A DNA stretch of 62,570 nt, filler included, from Aduncisulcus paluster (Eukaryota), in assembly GCA_024181965.1 (NCBI GenBank). It is 12 parts of 12 records of this genome, joined end to end, with 100 filler letters (N's around TTAATTAATTAA, not from the genome) between each part and the next. Parts side by side here need not be neighbours in the genome. Positions count along the whole stretch, not along the records: positions 12,144 to 13,867 come from BQXS01012398.1; positions 13,968 to 15,421 come from BQXS01012399.1; positions 15,522 to 24,787 come from BQXS01012400.1; 9 more parts are not named here. One strand, given 5' to 3'. Shown here piece after piece: positions 12,044 through 23,929 of this stretch; the first letter of the stretch is position 1; the number at the start of each line of letters is the position of its first letter. Made by a program: the position numbers and the translations under genes. The notes under the pieces are model-generated. The model saw nothing but the letters and a program-made list of their open reading frames with translations. It was not told the origin of the DNA and made no database searches.

Positions 12044-13368
12044 NNNNNNNNNNNNNNNNNNNNNNNNNNNNNNNNNNNNNNNNNNNNTTAATTAATTAAN
12101 NNNNNNNNNNNNNNNNNNNNNNNNNNNNNNNNNNNNNNNNNNNCCAAAAAAACAAACAAAAAAAATACAAACTTTCCACCGGCGGTGGCTGAGAAAAGTG
12201 GGGGAACCTCTACCAAAAATTTCGTTTAATTTTAGTACTATATTGATGGAAACTCATCAACTGTGTGGGATTTGTGATGTGCAATATATTCATGGAGTTA
12301 ACAAACTCATTTTCTAATACAATAGAACAGTTCCACCGGAACCTGATCAGTGACAGACGGTACTCTCGTTGTTGCATGGACACATGGGAAAGTGTTGCAA
12401 TTATTTTTGATGTTCCACTCTCTGACCAATGGACCTAGTATAGAATACCTTCTTCAGGATCCTATAGTTGTCTGGCTACCTTGCTGCCACATCCTCTCCC
12501 AACCGTGACTATAGTAGTACTATACTGTCGGCTTGGTATTCAGTTGTATTCGGCACCAGTCTGTAAGACTTCAACTGCTGATCCGGACTCTCTCCTCGCT
12601 ACACTCACGACCGACATCACACCCAATGTCTATACTTCTCCTCGCTTGAGAGAAGGATGGATCCGTCTCGAGTGTTCCCACTGTCTGATCGGTCAGTATA
12701 GAAGCTCATCCCTGAACTCTTCTCTATGACTGGTCCTCCTCCATTCAAATGAGGTCTCTCTCTCTCTCTCTCTCTCTGTTGGTACCATTTGGATATCCTT
12801 ATCTTGTGAGTTGATGTGGATTGAGTATCCATAAGTGATGTTCTTGGAATGGTTTTGACACCGACATAGTTGAGAAAGGTGTCTTTTGCATATGTGTGCT
12901 TTTTTTCTTCTGATCTTATTCTTCATTCTCACTAAGTATGTTTGTGAAGGTCATTTCAATATGATCTGGTATGGTTTGTGATCAGTTGTATCAATTCATG
13001 ATCTAGAACTCTTTTGTTCACGGTTATCTTTCTTCAAGAATATTACTGTTTGTGCTGACTTCAACTCTTCAAAATAGAATCACATCCTGCTTCAAGAACC
13101 TAAAGAACTTTTCCATAGGTTGGTTAATTGATCGGTTTAATCTGGATTGGATAATTTGGGTTATGTTTTTCCAGTAGTAAACTTTCTCTCGAGTCTGTCT
13201 TGGTATTCATCCTTCTTTTGATACTTTTCTGATATCTGAGATAGAAAGAGAGAAAGAGAGAGAAATGCAAGTTTGGTTTAGTGCTTCATTGTATAGAATG
13301 TATCATAGAGTATTGTGATGTTATGTATGTATGTAGGGTGGGTGGGTGGGCAAGACATACATTTTTAT

Positions 13369-14464
13369 GTGTGGGCAAGACATACATTCTTAAAAATCTA
13401 ACTCAATCGTTGATCCATTCAATTTCGTATGACCAAAGCCCTAGCTCTATTTGACTCTGAAAACAGCTTAGAGCTTGTAACGAATGGGAGGAAACACATC
13501 TGGATGTTGAAGAAAATCTACAATGTCAGTATGGCACATGATCCCTCTTCAACCTCATGCATTGTCGAGGAGAGTTGGGACTCCCTTTGCAGTGCACTGT
13601 TTTATGACCTCCTTTTGTATCCGTTTGGACAAACCAAACCGAGGAACTTCAATCATATTCCCTCCAATCCGAAGATATTCTTATATTCAATGGTAACCCC
13701 ATCAGACGAGACTCTCTTGTACTGGTTGGGGTGTCTTTTGGGAGGCTATTTCGGTGTAGAAGAGTTGATCTCATCTTTCCCTCTCTTGTTTGGAACTTTT
13801 CATAGACACATTTCGGAAGTTTTGGACTGTGAATTCCGCATGATGGACTGATGTGCTAGACAACTTTNNNNNNNNNNNNNNNNNNNNNNNNNNNNNNNNN
13901 NNNNNNNNNNNTTAATTAATTAANNNNNNNNNNNNNNNNNNNNNNNNNNNNNNNNNNNNNNNNNNNNGTGTGGGCAAGACATACATTCTTAAAAATCTAA
14001 CTCAATCGTTGATCCATTCAATTTCGTATGACCAAAGCCCTAGCTCTATTTGACTCTGAAAACAGCTTAGAGCTTGTAACGAATGGGAGGAAACACATCT
14101 GGATGTTGAAGAAAATCTACAATGTCAGTATGGCACATGATCCCTCTTCAACCTCATGCATTGTCGAGGAGAGTTGGGACTCCCTTTGCAGTGCACTGTT
14201 TTATGACCTCCTTTTGTATCCGTTTGGACAAACCAAACCGAGGAACTTCAATCATATTCCCTCCAATCCGAAGATATTCTTATATTCAATGGTAACCCCA
14301 TCAGACGAGACTCTCTTGTACTGGTTGGGGTGTCTTTTGGGAGGCTATTTCGGTGTAGAAGAGTTGATCTCATCTTTCCCTCTTGTTTGGAACTTTTCAT
14401 AGACACATTTCGGAAGTTTTGGACTGTGAATTCCGCATGATGGACTGATGTGCTAGACAACTTT
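13369..14464. repeat. Near-identical ~500-bp duplication across a linker (13369-13867 vs 13968-14464)
   Basis: The copies differ by a 2-nt indel (CCCTCTCTTG vs CCCTCTTG). Probably a contig overlap or haplotypes. Confidence 0.9.
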
Positions 14465-14780
14465 CTCAATTATCATATCAAAATTGTCTTCGTCCAAGTG
14501 TTGGATAGTGGCTATTGTTCCCTTTTTGGATCATTAATGCTTCTGAGCCCACTTTTAAAAAAGTTAGGCGGTTCCAGAAGGCATTTTGGCTTTCAAAGCA
14601 TATAGACCTATCATTAGGACAATAGAAGCCAGCCAAGAGAGAGGGATCATCCCACCAGATATGATTCTCATCAACAATTCACCAATTGTCCACCGCTTTC
14701 TGGGGCTCCATCTTTAATAACATGATTCAACGACTCTGCTCTCTGTGAGGACTGTATTCCAGCCGTAAAAGTCTTTTTTT
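14400..14780 (-). pseudogene. Decayed APE-endonuclease region of a LINE-type non-LTR retrotransposon
   Basis: Stitched frames give SR*IMLLK...LLAGFYCPND...NAFWNRL...HYPTLGRRQF/DMII...TSVHHA. This follows the APE motif order GV-il, vY-P, PT...iD and SDH, with stops and frameshifts. Confidence 0.45.
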
Positions 14781-15521
14781 TTGATCTTATATTTTTCTAT
14801 TTAATGCCTTCTATTTGTTATGCGTATGCAATTTACTATTGTTGTCGGATTCATGATCTAAAAATAGATCAATGCATATTTCACTATTCTTACTTCGAGG
14901 GTCACAGATCCGACCGTTTCTGAAATTTACGACACTCAATGTCAGGAGAGATGGGAACAATTCTGATAAGCATTCGCAAGCCTTTTCCAAGAGTTGTGTA
15001 GATCTTTCTGTCGATAGAAGCACTTTAAAAGATTTTTCAAAGTGATCTTTATCCGTTGTTAGCAATTCACATGATCTGGTTTCATGGATACATCCTCTAA
15101 GAATGCTGAAATGATTTCAGTTCAGCTACATAATCATCATCTCCATTTGAGAACAAGATATCTGCCGAACATGGGATGGATAGTTTGCAACCCTTTGATA
15201 CACACTCAAAGTAACCACTTGTGGAGATCGGTGGGATTCTTTTACAAGTCATTTTGAGCCTCATTCGATCGGTGAGCTTCCGTTCTCATTCAACATGCTC
15301 CGTTCCTCCTTTTAGCTTCGTGAAATGAATACGTAATTTGATTCCCAACTTTCTTTCAAGCTTTTCTTTCAATTCATATCTATCCTCGGCACTAATATAC
15401 TCTGAACCTCTCAAGTCTTCTNNNNNNNNNNNNNNNNNNNNNNNNNNNNNNNNNNNNNNNNNNNNTTAATTAATTAANNNNNNNNNNNNNNNNNNNNNNN
15501 NNNNNNNNNNNNNNNNNNNNN

Positions 15522-16222
15522 GTCTGATGTTATTGTAGTCCTTTCACATTCACATTCGATTAATCTTGCCTTCCTCATAAACCCATTGAATACATCATCT
15601 GGAGTAAAGGGACACATAAAGGCTTTGTCAACCATTTTCCACAAATACGTCTGGTTTGTACACGATGACACTATGGTTTCCCTCACATGGTATCCCACTT
15701 GTTTTATCACAGCTGGTGTCATCATTTGAGCAAAAGGCAGCAAATAAAGGTTGGAGTAAGTGGTTTTAAACTCTTTTAGACACTTAAAGAACGCCCTGAA
15801 TTGTTCACTTCCCACGGATTTCAGTTTTTCAATAAAGATCCCATTAGCTGGTTTTGAGGCACTTCCCGGGTCAATCACTGTTAATTTCAAGGTCTCATCA
15901 CTTTGGATTTCACCTGATGTCATTGTTTTCATCCCCCTTAATGGTTTTACCCCTGTTTGCAAAGAAATTGTAGGTTCACCTTTTTGAATAATAAATTAAC
16001 TAGATCCTCCATGAGCAGCATGATTATTAACACTTTTAGTTGTAGTAATAGTCACTTCTTCTTTTTCTTCTTCATCTTTCCCGTCACTAGTGGATTTTTC
16101 ACTTTCATCAAAATTTTCACTTTCATTCACTTCTTCACTTATTTTCTTTTTGGTGGCATCACCTTTGGTTTTGTTTTAACACGAATCTTCTCAATATCAA
16201 ATAAAAATTGATCAATTTGTGG
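15522..16222 (-). mobile_element. Gag-like 5' region of an LTR retrotransposon (truncated by gap)
   Basis: Paralogous to 17830-18762 (NQTYLWKMV...VFNGFMRKARLIECEC vs DQTYIVEML...VFEAFLVDAKEVKCEC). Both have a Lys/Ser/Glu-rich leader and the same upstream motif. Confidence 0.5.
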
Positions 16223-16224
16223 CA

Positions 16225-17830
16225 ACAATATCCGAAGATTACGTACAATTTACTATAATAAAGTTCGGATCGGGGATCTATATTTAGATCATTGAGAGAT
16301 ACCACAGTCTGGCTATAGGGTCTTCTCTTGGCGATACAAAATCTATTTTGTTGAATAATTTCATAATATTATTTACCATACTACTGTTTTTACGCGAAGG
16401 AGCTGGAATTATCGTGGATATTACAGACGATTGCTCCGAAACCGTACCACTGGGGGAACACGAGAGAATTGCCACTCCGGCAAGTGCTGCACGCCCAGGA
16501 TCTACCCCAACAACCATAGTGGAGGGATATAAGGGTGGTGGAGGAGGAGGTAGTGGGTAAAAATCTGTTTTTTCGACTTCTACTTCTTTGGAGCTATAAA
16601 CAGCTATAGTTAGCCGAAGTAGGACCGAAGAGGATTCGAACGTTTATCCCGTCAGTTTTTATATTTACAAGACCAATTTCTCCACAGTCACTTCTCTTTC
16701 TCAATCTCCTAATGGTTTTAGTAAAAACCCTTTCTCCCTTTTCGCTCAATAAATCTTTCTTAATTAAAGAATTAGGGATTTGGAAGAAGGAGATAGAAGA
16801 AGAAGAAGTGGGGAGGATTGGAACTAAACGGGGACGAACCGGTTCATCGCCGGCGAGCCGAGCAGTAAAAAACCATTTCAGTCTCGCATTCAGACATTTC
16901 TATTTTTAGAATATTCGAAAAAATTAAAAATAATCGTTATTTGATCAAAAAGCGGAACCTTCGAAACTAAATTCAATGTGAGAGAATAACAAAACCACTT
17001 CTTTCTTCTTTGATAATTTTATAATTGTAGAAACAAAGATATTATGGTCGTCTGAGCAAAGAGAAGAATAACGGCTGGATGGGCAGGGATCACACGTGTT
17101 ATTGTGACTAAGGATCTTATCTCTTAATAGTCGAATGTGTATATGTCTCAATGAAAGATTATCTGCACATTCGACTATTCCCCGATGTAACTCTTTAAAA
17201 AAGCTGTTTGTATCATTAGAAATAATAAAATTTAAATGAAAAAAAGAAGAAGAAAAACAAGGGTCAGGTAAAGAATCCATAAAGGATTTAAAAATAAAAA
17301 ATGGTACAAAAGATAAAGTTTTACAAAAGCGAAAAATATATTTAAAAAAAGGGGATTTTTTCGCACGAAGCCACTGCCTTGACGCATTTTCCATTTTTCT
17401 TGCCCACTCGCCGTAAATTGAACCAATGAATTTGCCAACATGTGGAACTTCGGGTATGTAATATTTGTTGGCATTCTCTTGAAAGAGTCCTTAGTTTTTC
17501 TGAAAGAAAAATTTATATAGCAAAATATTACTTATCAAAAGGAAGTCTTTGTTTATTTCTTTTCGCACAAAGCAGAGTCCTTTGGCCGACGATCGGTTGG
17601 ATCGGCGTTTTCCCGTGTAGTCAGGTAGATATTTGTAAATACGTTTATCAACGTTTTTTCGGTAGATTTCCCGTTTGTATAATATATCTACGGCAACCAG
17701 CCAAAAGTCTTCCTTCGATATCGCCACACTATCGTCTAAACCAATATTACTTAAATTAAGTGTCAACAATTCAACAATAATATTATTGGCAAGATAGCAC
17801 CCCCGATGAAGATTGTATATCCCGCGTAAG
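16225..17830 (-). pseudogene. Fanzor1-like (TnpB-derived) nuclease, copy A; frameshifted, C-terminal RuvC-II/III missing
   Basis: PRLVPILPTSSSSISFFQIP (~16780-16835), VNIKTDGINVRILF (TDG at 16648-16656), then after a frameshift TMVVGVDPG (VVGVDPG at 16494-16514, RuvC-I), then ELYYSKLY before the gag-like element begins. Confidence 0.7.
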
Positions 17831-18762
17831 CACCTTTCATATCATCACTGTTAATCACTGGTTTTGACGGATCATCACTGCTTTGAGTCACACCATACCT
17901 TCGAAGATCATCCACATCTTCCATCACTTTTTCACTAAAGCTCAGAGTGTGTCGGCCACGAATAAAAGCAGTAGCAGCACGTTTGCGTTGAATTTTTATC
18001 CACTTCGAACTGAAATGCTTCTTCACGAGACGTTTCCACTCAAGAGCATAACAAGTGATCTGATCTAAAGTCACAGCCAGCCCCCTCACCACAATCATTA
18101 TGACATTCACATTTCACCTCTTTAGCATCCACGAGAAAAGCTTCGAACACATTCTGACCCACGTAAGCACTCACTATCTGCTTCAACATCTCCACAATGT
18201 ATGTCTGGTCTTTACTACGCACCTCCAAGTCTTGGTAATAGTAGAGATAATATCGAGGACACATCATCTTTAATAAGAGATCCAAGGCACTGTAATACGA
18301 GCGTATGGTCACTGTTCACTGCTTCTAAACACTTCTGACAGAATTCCACAATAGCATCACGGGTCACATCTTTCAACTGATGGACAAAGTCTTCACCACG
18401 AGGAGGACGACAATCATCTGATTTAAGAACAAACAAACGAGACTTCGCACCAACACGACTGTCCTCACTGAGATCATCACGATCAAGACTTCTGTCTTTT
18501 ACACTGGAAAAAGAAGCGGCACTAGAAATCACACATAGGTTCACTGGGAGGATTCACTTTCACTCTTTTTGACTTTTCCTTTTAACACTGGATTTAGAGG
18601 ATTTATCACTTCGTTTAACACGCTTAGTATCACTCTTAGAGGTTTTCTTCACACTAGCACTAATAATTTCACCGGCTTCACTTGGGTTCATCACAACACT
18701 GGGGTACTTACTTTTTGTACAACACACGAAAATAAGGTAATATAATTTTGATCAAAATGTGG
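17830..18762 (-). mobile_element. Frameshifted gag-like ORF of an LTR retrotransposon
   Basis: DQITCYALEWKRLV...AATAFIRG fits the retrotransposon capsid pattern Y..F..L....F..G. Paralog at 15522-16222. Confidence 0.55.
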
Positions 18763-19199
18763 TGTTACCTTATAAAAAGAATAAAACCAAATCTTTACAA
18801 GTCTAAGCTTGAAGACAATTTACTGTTATGAAGAATCAGAATCTCGTTGAAGAAATCAGGCTCCTGTTAAACGGGATATTAAGAATGGTTTTCCAACAGC
18901 CTGAATGGCTCCAGTTGATTCTTCATCAAATAAGTCACTGATATGGTAAAAAGACAGAATACTTTAACATTTTCCCAACAATAATCTCTTCAGCATGTCT
19001 CCGTTTACCTTGAAATGATTGTAAACTTAATTGCTGCTTGAATAGGTGAAAGTGCTTAACCGATGAAATATGTGATGCAACTGAGCGAAAATTATAAAAC
19101 AAAGGCTTAGATTGACAAATTTTACAAATTATTTTTCAAGTACAGTCTTTCCACAATTGAAACAACGATGCTTTAACTTCTGAAACTCGTATACTGCAT

Positions 19200-19760
19200 C
19201 AAGGCTCGTGGAAGCACTGACATTCCGCTAAGGCGCCCAAAATCCTGTGGTAGAATGAACTTTTAAACTTCCGTAATGAGTACGAACGAGGAATACAAAA
19301 AGTCAGGGGGAAAGCTCCCTGCAGAGCAATGTTTAAATCGTTCCCCCCGGTTGGAATGGGCTCTGATCGAGATTGATCGGATGGCAAGCGAAATCAATTC
19401 TTTAGACTGATATCCTTGGAATACCATTCCGATTCGAGTCTCTCTACAAAATGGTAAAATGCCTCAAGATTTGGCTTAGAGTATTGGACAATTGCATTCA
19501 AACAGCATGTAATGAATTCTTTTGTAAGAGTGTAAGTGAAGTTCCTATACCCTTTGTTTTCCAAAAACAATTTACATGCTATCATCTGCTCGGTTGGCTG
19601 CTTAAATTTGAGACTTGAATAAATTTGATCACATGACACATATCACATACTTTTGAATATTCTTCAAGGAGCGAGTACCAGGAAATCTTGGTGTATCGGC
19701 CGATGAATTTCTAATATAGAGTACAATGATCTGTGATCCTGAGCTCAAGATAATATTTAG
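19200..19760 (-). pseudogene. Decayed coding fragment, possibly MULE/Mutator transposase
   Basis: A C..H-like DMCHVIKF and PIPTGGNDLN (compare the MULE TNN..E motif). Weak. Confidence 0.2.
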
Positions 19761-19919
19761 ATTTGTGTTTGTATTTATTTTAGTAAGTTGACTCACGTAA
19801 CACAGGCCATGTCCTTAAATACTATGAACTTGTTTCTACATTTTCCATAACACATTATTATTATTATTATCATTTTGCTTAAGTGTGCGTTTGACTTCCG
19901 GCATTACCATACTCTTCAT

Positions 19920-20300
19920 ATTCATTCTAACCTCTTCATTAGCCCGTGGCAGAAAATCAGCCATTCTATTGTCCTTTCCTGCTACGTGTTTGATATCGAA
20001 TGAGTACTCCGAAATTTCTAATCTCCACCTAAGAAGTTTTGGAGATTCACTTTTTAGTACGTATGTCAAGTTCCTGTGATCTGTCGTCAAGAAATGCACA
20101 CCCAAGTAAAACTGTTGGGTCTTTCTTAGACCAAAAATGATCGCAAAGGCCTCTTGCTCGATATTGCTCCAGTTTTGCTCTTGTTTGTTGAATTTCTTAG
20201 AGAAGAACAATATATGGAGTTCTTTATTTCTTTTATCATAAGTAAATTTCCTCCAATCCATCGACGACGGGTCAGTTCGCAAAATCAGGGATCATTAATA
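19920..20300 (-). mobile_element. Ty3/gypsy RNase H fragment (decayed)
   Basis: LILRTDPS (compare TDAS), FFSKKFNKQEQNWSNIEQEAFAII, TTDHRNL, LLRWRLEISEYSFDIKHVAGKDNRMADFL. Confidence 0.9.
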
Positions 20301-20628
20301 TCTGACAATCTTTTCAAAGATTCTCTCCATCTGTTTTACAAACTTTAGGTTGGAAGTATGTGGAGATCAAGTAGAGAGTACTTAAACTGAAATACTTTGC
20401 CATTAGTGTTTACAATTCCTGGATAATAGTGATCGACATAATGCTCTGCTAACAGATTAATTTGATGTGCAATGCAATGTTGAGGAGATCGGATGTGAGT
20501 ACAAGTGGAAACAGCGTGCTGTTAGCAGCACCTTTTTTGAAGAAATAAATTGACAGGAAGCCCGTTCTTATTCCATAGAGAATTTGCAGTTTACAAGGTG
20601 ATAGTAAATACAATGTAATGAATTATCA

Positions 20629-22132
20629 TTATGATTTTCTTTTAAATTCTTTTGGTCGTTCATTCCATTTATCTAAGAGGATGAACTTCCCAAGGAAAGT
20701 CATGTTTAGGGCTGCATTACGATCCCTGTCACAAACCCGACCATATTTTGAGCTTTTTCTCTTTCTTGAGCTTTTTTTGCTGCAGTGAATATAGGCAAAG
20801 TTTCACCAAAACAGCAGTAGGAGAGAGTTGAAGTTCTAAACTCTGGTACCATAACAAAATTGAAACACTTACATAAATATCTGATCCCCCACATATGGAA
20901 CCTTGGGGAAGTACCTTTTCCTGTGGCTGAAAATTGGGCATTCTCAATACAGAGAATGATTGACCTCCCTTCCGCCAATCTCTTCAGTTTGTTTACAATT
21001 GCCTGCAATGTCTTCAGCTTTTCGAGATGATATTTTGCCATGACTCTTTCTTGATGAATTTTCTAACTGATTTTGGTGATGGTTTTCGAAATATTCTTGG
21101 AGGTTCTTCTCGTACTCTTCTGCTGATAAATCTTTAAATGAAAAATGATGTTGATTCATAGAAGGAGCTGGCTTATGGAGTTTTGGTTGTTTTATCAGCA
21201 TTGTATCCTTAGTACATCTTTCGAACCGTTTTATTTGTCTTTCAATTGTTTTTTTTCCAATATCTGAAATGAAGAACGGCATGTTAATTTTTGGGGAGTT
21301 TTGCATTGGAAAATATCTTGTTGACAGGTGGCATATGGGAATCTTGCCTTGCAGTTGTTTAGCTGATACGGCCCAACGTCTGGCGCCTTGTTACCTAAAT
21401 AAATAATAATATCAATAAAAGTTCCGTAGGCCAATTTTACTATTCTTCAATTCCTTTTTGACTGGCCAGATGACAAGACGTTATCCCAAACACCGACATT
21501 CATTCAGTAACTCTTTCAAATAAGACAACAATAAACACTTACTAATGCCATAATCTTCCAAATGGTCTTCAAACACGCCTTGTTGTATTTGATGTGTAAT
21601 GCCTTTTTGTGTAACGGTGGATGAACTTAAGTGAGAATTTACGCAAAATCGGAGCAGCCAACAAAACATTGTAGTACTCATATCGGAGTATTAATACTGT
21701 AGATGAAGTACAATTTATTAGAAAATAAAGAATGGTCCCGGTTCCTATAAATAGATACCGAGAAACTATCAACATTGGATATAAAATAAAATACAATAAA
21801 AACTAGAAGTGTTTATTTACACCAGGAGTCGAAGCAGCGCGAGAATTTAGAAAATGTAAGCCCAAAAGCTTCTATAATGGGAGGTACAAATTTTTCTACT
21901 GTTGGAAGTTGAAATAGATTGCTACAGCAACTCCTGCTGGAGCACCTCTTCCCAAAATCACTAAAAAGGTGATTATAAATTCTTTCATCGATATTTTTCC
22001 GATAAAGTTATCTCTTAAAGAGAATATCGATCAATAATAACCAGAATTATGGCTGAATAATACTGATTACATCCTCGAGACCCTGTTTCGCCATGAAGGC
22101 TATAAAACTTGGAGCAAGTTGATTGGCTAGGT
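20629..22132 (-). pseudogene. Fanzor1-like (TnpB-derived) RuvC nuclease, copy B; multiply frameshifted
   Basis: Motifs in order: APILRKFSLKFI; degenerate RuvC-I IIIYLG (~21393-21410, TAT one change from GAT); FSFKDLSAEEY...; IILCIENAQF..KGTSP; VMVPEFRTS (RuvC-II, EFRTS at 20829-20843); CDRDRNAALNM (RuvC-III, RDRNAALNM at 20701-20727); ERPKEFKRKS* (stop ends at 20629). Confidence 0.85.
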
Positions 22133-22800
22133 CAGGCTTGATAAGTATTCTCAAAAATTGCATAAAAAAATCTCAAGAAATCTCAAAAATTAAAATTTAC
22201 TACACAAAATAAGTGATCGCACTCAAATTTTCTTCTCTGAGTGGTATTCACAAAAGTATATGAAGAGAAAAATCTCTCAACATCTGCACCACTCAAAGGA
22301 ATAGATAAAGCAGCTTCAGCAATATCCTTCAACTCAACCCAAAAAGGGTTCTTTGCTCAATATTTTTCCCATAAAGAAGAAATTGACTTATAATTTTCCT
22401 TTTTCCCACAATCAGCTTGGTATTCAACGAGTTCAGCACGACCTGTGGCTGTAAATGGTTTCTTTAAGAGCTTTGCCAACTTTTTGAAGAAAAGCTCTCT
22501 TCTTTTGGTTTGGTTTCAGCCCAAGCATTTGGATGAACAATCATAAATAATTCATACATTTTTAGTGCATTTTCAATCTTTTTAACTCGATCATGAATGT
22601 TAACTGTCTCTTGAAGACGAAATGAATCAGATTTCAAAAATAAGAGTAAGCCCTTTGCAATAAAAAGACTTCTTGGATTCATTTTTTTCACGATCTAGGA
22701 ATGCTATCACGAGACATGGGCTATACTGTACTATTATCCGACGGTGGCGTTATTTCTGATCTCTTAACATGAGCATATTATCAATAAGTCATGCACAAAA
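22133..22800 (-). mobile_element. 3' end of a hAT-family DNA transposon (dimerisation domain plus probable terminus)
   Basis: FWVELKDIAEAALSIPLSGADVERFFSSYTFVNTTQRR matches the hAT C-terminal dimerisation motif. CAGGCTTG at 22133 resembles a hAT TIR start. In-frame stop present. Confidence 0.8.
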
Positions 22801-23329
22801 ATAAATCATAAACTATTTATTATACCTTTAATCTTAATTTACATTCTATCATTTCCCACATTAACCTTTCGGTGTGAATCTCACAATTGCGGGCTTTAGT
22901 TTTGGGCACACCATTATATGAAGAAGCAGTTCCCCTGGGTCTGATCAACCTGGGGGCGTAAGTCTTGGTTTATTTGTTGCAATTCCGTTATTTTCATCTC
23001 TGTTTTTCTTAGCCTCTGGCGACTCTGTCACCAGGCATCTTGTTTTTGTTTGAATATGTTTTTATTTATTATTTTGATTAATTATTATAATTTAAGTGAA
23101 AGAAATTGTAAATTCAAGGGAGAAAACCTGGTTAGCTGATAGACCAATTTCGGAGCAAATATGATCCAACTTCATGGGATCAAAATGATGCTCCTACATT
23201 TTGGATCATTATAATACTCCTCTTAAGATGATCAGAATTTTACTCTAATAAAACGGATCAAAATTATGATCCCAGAACAAGGACTAAAAAAAGTAGGTAA
23301 TGCTCCAATCGGACCATTTTCGGACCAAA

Positions 23330-23814
23330 GTGCGCGACCATGTAATATCTATTTTTAGTTTCCCTTTTTATGTTTTAAGAGTAAATTTGCTGCAAGCCAA
23401 AGTTTGTTATAGTGTTTCACCACAAACATCCATTCAAGCTTTCTTTGATGAGCTGGACAAACTATCTCTTACTGTGTTAGATCAGTCAAAATTGATATAC
23501 TACATTGCTAGGTTCAAGGAAACTGTGCAGCTGAAGATTTTTCCCTCCTTTCTTACGATAAACGATCAGTTCAGCTTTTAAACTCATCCCATTCCTTTTC
23601 CAGAAATTCTTTTAAAATTGGCGGTTCTATTGTGCTCATTTTTAAAATATTTAACCTCAGAAATATTTCCGTGTCGGAATAAATTCAAAATTTATATTTG
23701 TTGGGCAATATTAATTATTATTTACAACAATTGCTCATATTGTACAAGAAGAGATACTTCCTCTCTCATATTCCGATTCTGAAATTATAGAGAAGATTAC
23801 AACATAACCTCACA
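23330..23814 (-). mobile_element. Decayed gag-like 5' region with possible short LTR remnant (23741-23814)
   Basis: MSTIEPPILKEFLEKEWDEF../YRKKGGKNL resembles FSRDFKHYKALGGKR at 49331-49460. A TG...CA-bounded 74-bp block lies upstream. Confidence 0.35.
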
Positions 23815-23929
23815 GATATATATTTACTCCACGTGATGAAACTACGAGAGGAGCCTTGATACCGGCATGGATGAGGATTGTAAAGTCCCAAAGGGGGAAA
23901 AAGGCCCAAGACTTAGTTATGAGTACAAT

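Noticed and set aside
13429..14402. Duplicated 140/124-aa plus-strand gene pair
   Set aside because: The duplication straddles a linker, and the ORF is probably the antisense shadow of decayed minus-strand retroelement sequence.
22464..22691. Fanzor N-terminus
   Set aside because: It continues into a clear hAT dimerisation domain, so it belongs to the hAT transposase.
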